Positions 36,906 to 64,000 of a DNA stretch of 64,000 bases are shown in pieces. The notes beneath the pieces were generated by a model. That model was not told the origin of the DNA, did no database searches, and saw nothing but the letters and a program-made list of their open reading frames with translations. Position 1 is the first letter of the stretch; each line of letters opens with the position of its first letter. The DNA comes from Macrostomum hystrix (Eukaryota; Animalia; Platyhelminthes): contig CATNEN010000030.1 of NCBI GenBank assembly GCA_950097015.1, forward strand, positions 2,790,001 through 2,854,000. Reading direction: 5' to 3'. The translations under genes were made by a program, and so were the position numbers.

Positions 36906-39051
36906 CAGTAGCAGCTCTGCCAGTAATTCCTCCATGGCTCCTATCGGTGTCTCAATCCATTTTTGAGCACATCGGCATGCTCAAGTGTCTTTACCCGGCC
37001 TGCGTGCGGCAGGATAAGAAGGCCCACCGTAGGCCCTGCACGCCACCGCTCCGGAGCCCGATCGGTTGATGTTCCGCGCTGATCGAATTACTAGCATCTC
37101 CGGCCCGCCAATTCCGGTGCAAATGGCAGGCAGGTGACTCGATATCCCTATTGCGGCCCGATCCTCCCCCTATACTACAAACTGGGAAAAATGCTTATCT
37201 CTCCCTAGGAGAAAGATGGCCCAATTCGTGTTCTCCTCCCTACTCGTTTATTCTTTGCCTTCCGTGTGTGAGAGCGCATGGGGAGTCGAAGCTCGGGTCG
37301 TCACCATTCCCTGTATCGCCACTCCCACCCATCCCCCCCCCCAAGGAGAAAGGCAATTTTCTCGTCATCTCCGACTCTTATAGCTGCTGTCTTGCGCTCC
37401 CGGTTTTCAGGGCCTGAACCCCACCACCCCACGCCATGGCCGCAGCTGCCGCTCCTGCCATCACCGCCGATGCCGCCGCAGCCGCCGCCGCCGCCGCGGC
37501 TACATCTCCTGGGCCCGGAAATTGGTAGGGACTGGGCTTGTTGGTTTGGTATCTGCGCAGCTCATCCTTAGATCACCCCTTGTCGCTGCTAGCCTGCAGA
37601 CTCCGGCTGACAAGAGGGAGAAGGGGAGACAGCAACCGGCAGGAAGCGAGCAGACCGCGTCTTTGAGACCATGCGCGGCCTTTTTAAATCTTGGCCGCCC
37701 AGGCAAGACAAGGACAGGACGGATCGCACGCAAACTGGCACAGTGAGACAGGCCGGAGAGATGAGTCGCGCATGTTGTAACAGGAGGGGAGTCAGTTCGT
37801 CAGAATGCAATGGTCTGACAAAAAATGGGCCTGGGTCATGCGATGCCGGGGCCTGCTATTATGAGGCTGCACCACCCCAGCCTCCTTGCTGCAACTGGAA
37901 TGGGGCAATCACAGGGCGCGCGCTATTAATGCTCCCTAACTTTTTCGCCTGTCGGGATTTTCTCGCTGAAACCCTCTCCCCCCTACACCTGGCCGTGTGT
38001 CATTGACTTCGCCGCTTTCCCTTTTCATTTCTAATAGGCGAAGGGGCAAGGCTGTGCGCGGAGTAAAACACAGCCTGCTACTCCGCTCCGCCCACCAAGG
38101 CCGCGGCGCAGTCCTTAATTTTTATCCTCTCTTTTCGTCAAAACTGCTCCGAGTCTCTTTGTTTTTCTTTTCCTCTCCGTTAGTCCGCACCTGCACCACC
38201 GTAACGGTTAGCGGGACCAAGTCTTAGCCTAGGATTGGAGAAAAATATAAGTTAGGCCGAATGACAGACCCCAGCCTAACATGTGGCCTATTTGGGCCCT
38301 TCTAAAAAGACAAGATAGCAGAGGCTTCAATTTGCTCCGGCCAGGAGAAGTTGCATAAGTCTCCCCTCTCCTATCATCTTCTCTGCGTTTGTGGCGACTG
38401 TTCGTTTCAGGTTGATTAAAAATCGCTTTGAAACGCGGATCGGAGCGGCAAAAACCAAGGGACCTGCTGGTTGATTGTAGCGGTAGCGAAGCAGACTGCT
38501 TTACCTGTGTGTGTGTGTGTGTGTGTGTGTGTTTGATGCCCTAAAACACGAGCCCAATCTCGCTGAGGCATCACGCCAGCTTCTCTTTTGCTTTCATTTT
38601 TCGTCTATTTTTTGGGAGGATCCGTGCCGTGGGTTTCCCCACCTGTTCGTCTCTTTAGCCATGCTCTGGTGGGAAACGAGAGATGGGGCATCAAACACCG
38701 AGCCAGATATACGCCTGTGATTGACGTTTGTTGCCTTCTTGACTTATTTCCCCCCTCCAGCCTTCGCCAGACCTTTCTTTCTTTCTTTCTCACGAGTCGG
38801 CGCCGAAGACCTGCAACGGACACCGGACCCGAATTTCGAAGCAAGCGGGTGAAATTAACGGATTAAAAATAGTTTTTTTCTTTGGTGAGGTTTGCGGCAA
38901 CGGTCACGTCTTTGGGGCTCAGAAATTTCTGGACCCAATTGAAGCCAAAATTGGAGAATTTACACAGAAAGGCTTCTTTAACTGAGTTGCGTGGTGCTTT
39001 TGAGGCCACCCCAAGCAGAGTTCGCTCTGACTGACTTTCCTCCGTTCACTT

Positions 39052-39700
39052 CTTATCCCACCTGTCTCATATCTCACTCTGTTTCTCATACATGTCTCAT
39101 ATCCCACTCTGTTTCTCATACCTGTCTCATATCTCACTCAGCTTCTCATCCCACCTGTCTCATATCTCACTCTGTTTCTCATGCCTGTCTCATATCCCTC
39201 TCTGTTTCTCATACCTGTCTCATATCTCACTCAGCTTCTCATCCCACCTGTCTCCTATCTCACTGTCATTCTCATCCCACCTGTCTCCTATCTCACTGTC
39301 ATTCTCATCCCACCTGTCTCCTATCTCACTGTCATTCTCATCCCACCTGTCTCCTATCTCACTGTCATTCTCATCCCACCTGTCTCCTATCTCACTGTCA
39401 TTCTCATCCCACCTGTATCCTATCTCACTGTCATTCTCATCCCACCTGTCTCCTATCTCACTGTCATTCTCATCCCACCTGTCTCATATCTCACTGTCAT
39501 TCTCATCCCACCTGTCTCATATCTCACTGTCATTCTCATCCCACCTGTCTCATATCTCACTGTCATTCTCATCCCACCTGTCTCATATCTCACTGTCATT
39601 CTCATCCCACCTGTCTCATATCTCACTGTCATTCTCATCCCACCTGTCTCATATCTCACTCAGGTTCTCATTCCACCTGTCTCCTATATCACTCTCATTA
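39052..39700. repeat. Minisatellite, 33-bp unit CCCACCTGTCTCCTATCTCACTGTCATTCTCAT
   Basis: ~19 copies. Confidence 0.96.
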
Positions 39701-40534
39701 TCATCCACCTGACTTGTCTCTCATACTACCTCTATTATTCCGCCTCTCCTAGGAAAAAAACAAAAAATCCAAAGAAGATTTCATGCAGTTTCAATGCACA
39801 AAGCTTTCAAAACAGACTCAAAGCCGAGCAGAGGTAATGCCACTCCAGATGAGCCGTGTTTCTCCCATCACCTGTGGGTGTCTGCTCTCGGCGGGTGGCC
39901 AGATGGGTGGCCGCTAATGGTGCCCCCAGCATGCTCAGGCAGGGCTCCAAAAGACGTGAGCAAGATTTCACGGCCCAACGGGCTTGGATGCGATATGGAA
40001 CTGAAGCTAGGGGCGATAATGACCCCAGAGCCGGTGAGGGGAGGGTTAGGGAGGCTCTAATCAAATGCGGCTTCACTCCCGCTCGACCGCTGCCACGCCG
40101 CGCTCCCATTCCCTCTGCTCCGAGCAGATAAACCTGCCAAACTTGGTGGATTAGCCCCGTCACATCCTCATTCTCCTTTCTCTGCCGAACGAACTCTTCG
40201 CAAATCTTTTCTCTTCCCGATCTCCGGTCCCGTCTGGGGGGAGAATTTCTCCCACCGATTGCCAGTTTTCTCTCTGTTTTAATTCCCTCCTAATCCCTTC
40301 CAGGCATGGGCTCAGGTAGATTGGTAGCGGCCTCAACGCTATCTGGACATTGGCACTGCGCAGACATCAGAAATTATTTGCAACTTTTGTGCTAGACAAC
40401 ACTCGACACCCGATGATTTGTGTCTTGACCCGCGGGACCGGCTAGCGATCATCCGATTCTTTTATTTGGGGATAAACTTGAAGGCTGGGTTGATGATTGT
40501 GGTTGCAGCTCTGGGCTAAGGTTTAGTCTCATCT

Positions 40535-40757
40535 CAGTGGAGACTGGACTGGGCTCGGTGGGGACTGGACTGAGCTCGGTGGAGACTGGACTGAGCTCGG
40601 TGGAGACTGGACTGAGCTCGGTGGAGACTGGACTGAGCTCGGTGGAGACTGGACTCAGTGGAGTCTGGACTGAGCTCGGTGGAGACTGGACTGAGGTTTA
40701 GTCGCAGCTCAGTTAAGACTGGACTGAGGTTTAGTCGCAGCTCAGTTGAGACTGGAC
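40535..40757. repeat. Minisatellite, 21-bp unit GTGGAGACTGGACTGAGCTCG
   Basis: Tandem copies, degenerate at the right end. Confidence 0.92.
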
Positions 40758-42856
40758 TATTAAAGCCAATGTTTCGAAGCACAATGGGACGCGTCGGTTA
40801 TTACCTATTCTATCTGGGGGCACATGCCGGTGCTCTGAAGGCGTGAAGATGACGCCAAGGGGCAGTCTTGGGGTCTGGACCCAGCGAGCAGAGAGAAAAA
40901 GCGGAGAAAGTAAATGAGGCCAGGCCGGGTTAAGAAGAAATTCACGCTTGGCCTGGCGGATAAGTAGCGGACCGATCAGCGCTAGCTTCCAGCCCGCCCT
41001 GAACCACCGGCGTGGCCGCCACCTTGAGCACTCCCCGCTCCACTTTGCACTCAACACTGGCCTCTTGGAAAAGGTGGCATTAGGCTAATTAGATGAGCCT
41101 GAGGGATGGGAACTGAGAGCGGGAGGAAGAGCTGGCGGAGGCTTTTGACTCTCGCTTGGTTTTAGCGAGATTTCTTTCCCGCAGAAGCGGACTTGACCTT
41201 GACGTCCCAAGCTGCTTTCGCGGACCACCAGCGATACTTGCGTCTTCCTTTCCACAGACTGACAGACCTTCCGGTCGGGAACTGGCAGCTTCGGCGGAAA
41301 AATCTGGAAATGGAAAAATGGGAAATCTACTGTGTCACTTTCTTCTCCGCTCTGCCTCCTCTCTCTCTCTCTCTTTGAGTTCCGGTCTCTCGCCGTAGAC
41401 CTGTGTGCTCACCCTAAAAGCTCGATTATAGGCTTGAGTGCATTGGTTTTTCCTAGCTTGTTCAAAATCGATGCACGCCTGGCTGGAAGGTGAGTGTGAG
41501 TGCCACGTCCGTCGACCGTTCATCTCGCGACGGGACCAACGCCTGTTTGGGACACCAAAGCTCGACTGGGCTTAAAATGTTAGAAAAATCATAGTTGAAT
41601 GAGACGGATCTGGTGGAACAGCTTTGTTCCGAGAGGCCCGCGAGCGACTGTGTGATTGGCAGCGCCAAATGAATGGGCCTTCTAAACGAGTCTGGAGTCT
41701 TCTAGTAGAGATCGCACCTATAGGAGTGGAATAGGAAGCCCTGTTGAATGGCTTGCATAATGTTTCATTGGGTGGTTTTGATTGACGATAACAGATTTCG
41801 CGACCAATTTCGAGTGTATAGTGTGTTTATTGTTAGCTAGCTTTCGTAATTACCTGAGCAATTTGGCTGTGCCAAGTTGTATTTGCCTTCGACCAATGCG
41901 CTTTCGAGAAGCTGGCCTTTGTTGGTGAGTTTCGAGAATTGAAGGACGGATAAATACTTGGGTGAGATCGTTAGACGTCAGTAAAAATCCAAAAGTTTTT
42001 GTTAGGGCCATGAACAATCTTCCGATCCAAGATCATGAGCAATTGTGCCCTGCAGCTTCTCGTGTTTTGTTAGAAGTAAATCGGTTGCCTCGTAAATCGC
42101 AGATTAAAAGGCATAAATCAGTTCTGGGAGCGATAATTAATGGGCAAATTTCTTATAGCAAAAGATCCATTCCTTTTCCACCCGCCTCCTCCCAAAGCCA
42201 GTAGAAACACCTGCCTTGCATCAATCAGTTCATCTGTTCGATGGGACAGCTTTGTCGGTGGGACAGCGATGTCGAGGCGGGATCACACAGGTGCAAGCAA
42301 GGTATGGCAGCGGCTGCTTTGGATGTTCTGGCCGGCTCAGGCGGTGGGAGGCTGGGCGCCTGCTGATAGAGGAAGCGCGGTCTCAGCCAGGTGATAGGCC
42401 CAGACCCAGGCCTGGGGTGAGGAGATTCGGCCAGCCGAGGGATATTGTTGAGGAGTAGGCTGGGGTATGGGGATGGAGGCAAATCAGTGTCCGAGCTAAC
42501 CGGCTGAGGAGGGGCATCGCCTCGCCCCAGCAGCAGCGGGCCTTTGTTACCAACCTTGAGTCGAGGCCGGTCATTGGCCACCAATGCTAAGACGGCGAAC
42601 CAACTGCTGCTCTCCCAGTCGCAGTTCTCTGCCCCCCAAAATCCTCTTTTCTCTCTCCCTGCCTCTCAAGATTTACATCCTCCAACTTGTCGGCGGGCAT
42701 ATTTTTCCGCCATTTCTCAAGACTCACGCTTTCGCTCTCTCGCTGACATCTCTCCGGCGGAGCTCTGATCCCGGCAGTGGAAATTGTTGCTTATTCTCAA
42801 CCAACAGCAGCTACTCACTATCTTGTCTTTCTCTCTCTACTGAGCGAGAATCGAGC

Positions 42857-62421
<19,565 letters not shown>

Positions 62422-64000
62422 ACTGCCATTGTACTCATTGCCCATTGTTTACTAACTGCCCATTCTTGATTGGTTCATTATATTTGATGTACCTTTGCTG
62501 TTTCTAATTTACATCGTCATTTTTTTTCAAAAATGTGTTTTACATAATCCGATACTGTTGTACATCACCTTTCGTCAATTAATTTTTTTTACCTGGCAAA
62601 TTGTAAATCATTGTCGCTTACAATATTAACCTCCTAGCGCGCTTTTACTAACAATTTTTACAAGCAGTGCTTCAACCATTCAGAATCTACTGAGCTATGA
62701 AGATTGACACCTGTCACCTGTTGTCTGGCAATTCCTTGTAATTAAATGCACTAACTTGTTACCCTAGTATACTACTGTTAGGATTATATATAGGCATTCG
62801 CCATTCGAGTTGCTAGATCTGCAAAGTAAAAGTACACAAATCACTGCACCTGCTTCATTTAGCTTGCTGCTTTCCTCATTATTTGCTTCTGTTGTTTACT
62901 AGAGGTGATTTTTTATTGCTTTCCGTTGATCGCCGATTCGCTTTTAGCTAAGCTTTTAATTATAAATTGTGCGTTCATACTACTGCCGACTATTTCGATA
63001 AGTAGTAGCTTAATTGCCTAAATTAGCGAGAAACGAAACAAAATTCTTCAGCTCACATTTGCAAATGCTACTACTCACCAGCTATTAAGTCAGTAGTTTG
63101 ATTGCGTTTTGTTTCCAAAACTGTGCAACTATGCTTGTTCTGACAAACTTTTATTTAAAAAAGGAGAATAACCTTTTGAGAAAACCCCCTTTCGATGTAA
63201 AATCATTATTTGTACTGATCAGTATTGAAAATATTCAAAGAAATAATTAATCTTGAACAAATTTCAGTGCCGTCTCCCTGTTGCAGAATATTTCTGTCAT
63301 CAAACCATATCGATATCTAATGCTTGCTATAAACTGTGAATTATCGCGTGTGTTGTTAAAACGAAAAAGTTTACTACGAGTACATAGAAAATATGTCGGA
63401 AAAACGTATTGTATTTGGTTTTTGTTAAAATCGGTTTTTTCCACAGTCAGCTTATCAGAATATTGATTGATATATAAGTTTGAGCCAAAACAAAAAATTG
63501 CTTGCACCAGAAAAAGACAAAAAAGAAGAATAAAATAGAAAGCTGGAAATTAAAAGATCACAGCATGGGGATACAGTTTTGATTTAATGAAAAACTTTCT
63601 GGAAAACTTTTTATCTTTATGAAGCTGTTGATTTCAGATTCAATGGACAACAAATGTTTTTTACCTGGAATTGAAATCAGCTTTAAAATTCTGCTTCAAG
63701 CTGAAACTAGGCTAAAAAAAAACAACTAAAATTGACAAGACAATAAATTAAAGAACCAAAAGTCTTTAAATACTATGATAATATAACATTTTCAGATTAT
63801 ATGTGGAGCTGAAAAGTTACAATTTGCAATCGGCAGCTGAAGGTGAAAATACTTTTAATCTAAATTTAATTATGCATGCTATGTGATTGAAGGAATCAAT
63901 GCATTTGAGGAAGTACGAGATTGTTTAAGGGTGTCAGAGGTCATTTTGAGGGTGTCTCAAAAGGGTGTCTCATTGAGGGTGTCCGAAATGTCTGATTGTT

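Noticed and set aside
63150-64000. Possible transposon or gene fragment at the window end
   Set aside because: Short AT-rich ORFs without motifs; nothing supportable.

Overview
Eukaryotic (animal) genomic DNA with spliceosomal introns. GC-rich codon usage, very dense minisatellites (24 arrays, ~14 kb, ~22% of the window) and splice acceptors just upstream of start codons suggest a free-living flatworm such as Macrostomum; this is inference. Left half: compact genes (3' end of a neuronal calcium sensor, Siva-like, MPV17L2-like, SLC49A4/DIRC2-like MFS transporter, OXLD1-like, HMGB-like). These are interspersed with a solo LTR (4-bp TSD), a deleted Tc1/IS630-like element with ~310-bp TIRs, a decayed hAT element, LINE remnants and tRNA-derived SINEs. 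Right half: one 9-exon gene (42857-62421) encoding an N-terminal THAP zinc finger fused to a CtBP corepressor in which all three dehydrogenase catalytic residues are replaced while the NAD-binding motif is kept. Main leads: (1) the THAP-CtBP pseudo-dehydrogenase, with a candidate poison exon inside the THAP domain and a possible THAP-less isoform; (2) genes whose N-termini appear to need the terminal AUG of a flatworm spliced leader (OXLD1, MPV17L2), plus a candidate Siva-MPV17L2 operon; (3) a hAT element sitting exactly between two copies of a ~450-bp direct duplication. Homology calls come from recalled family sequences; no searches were run.
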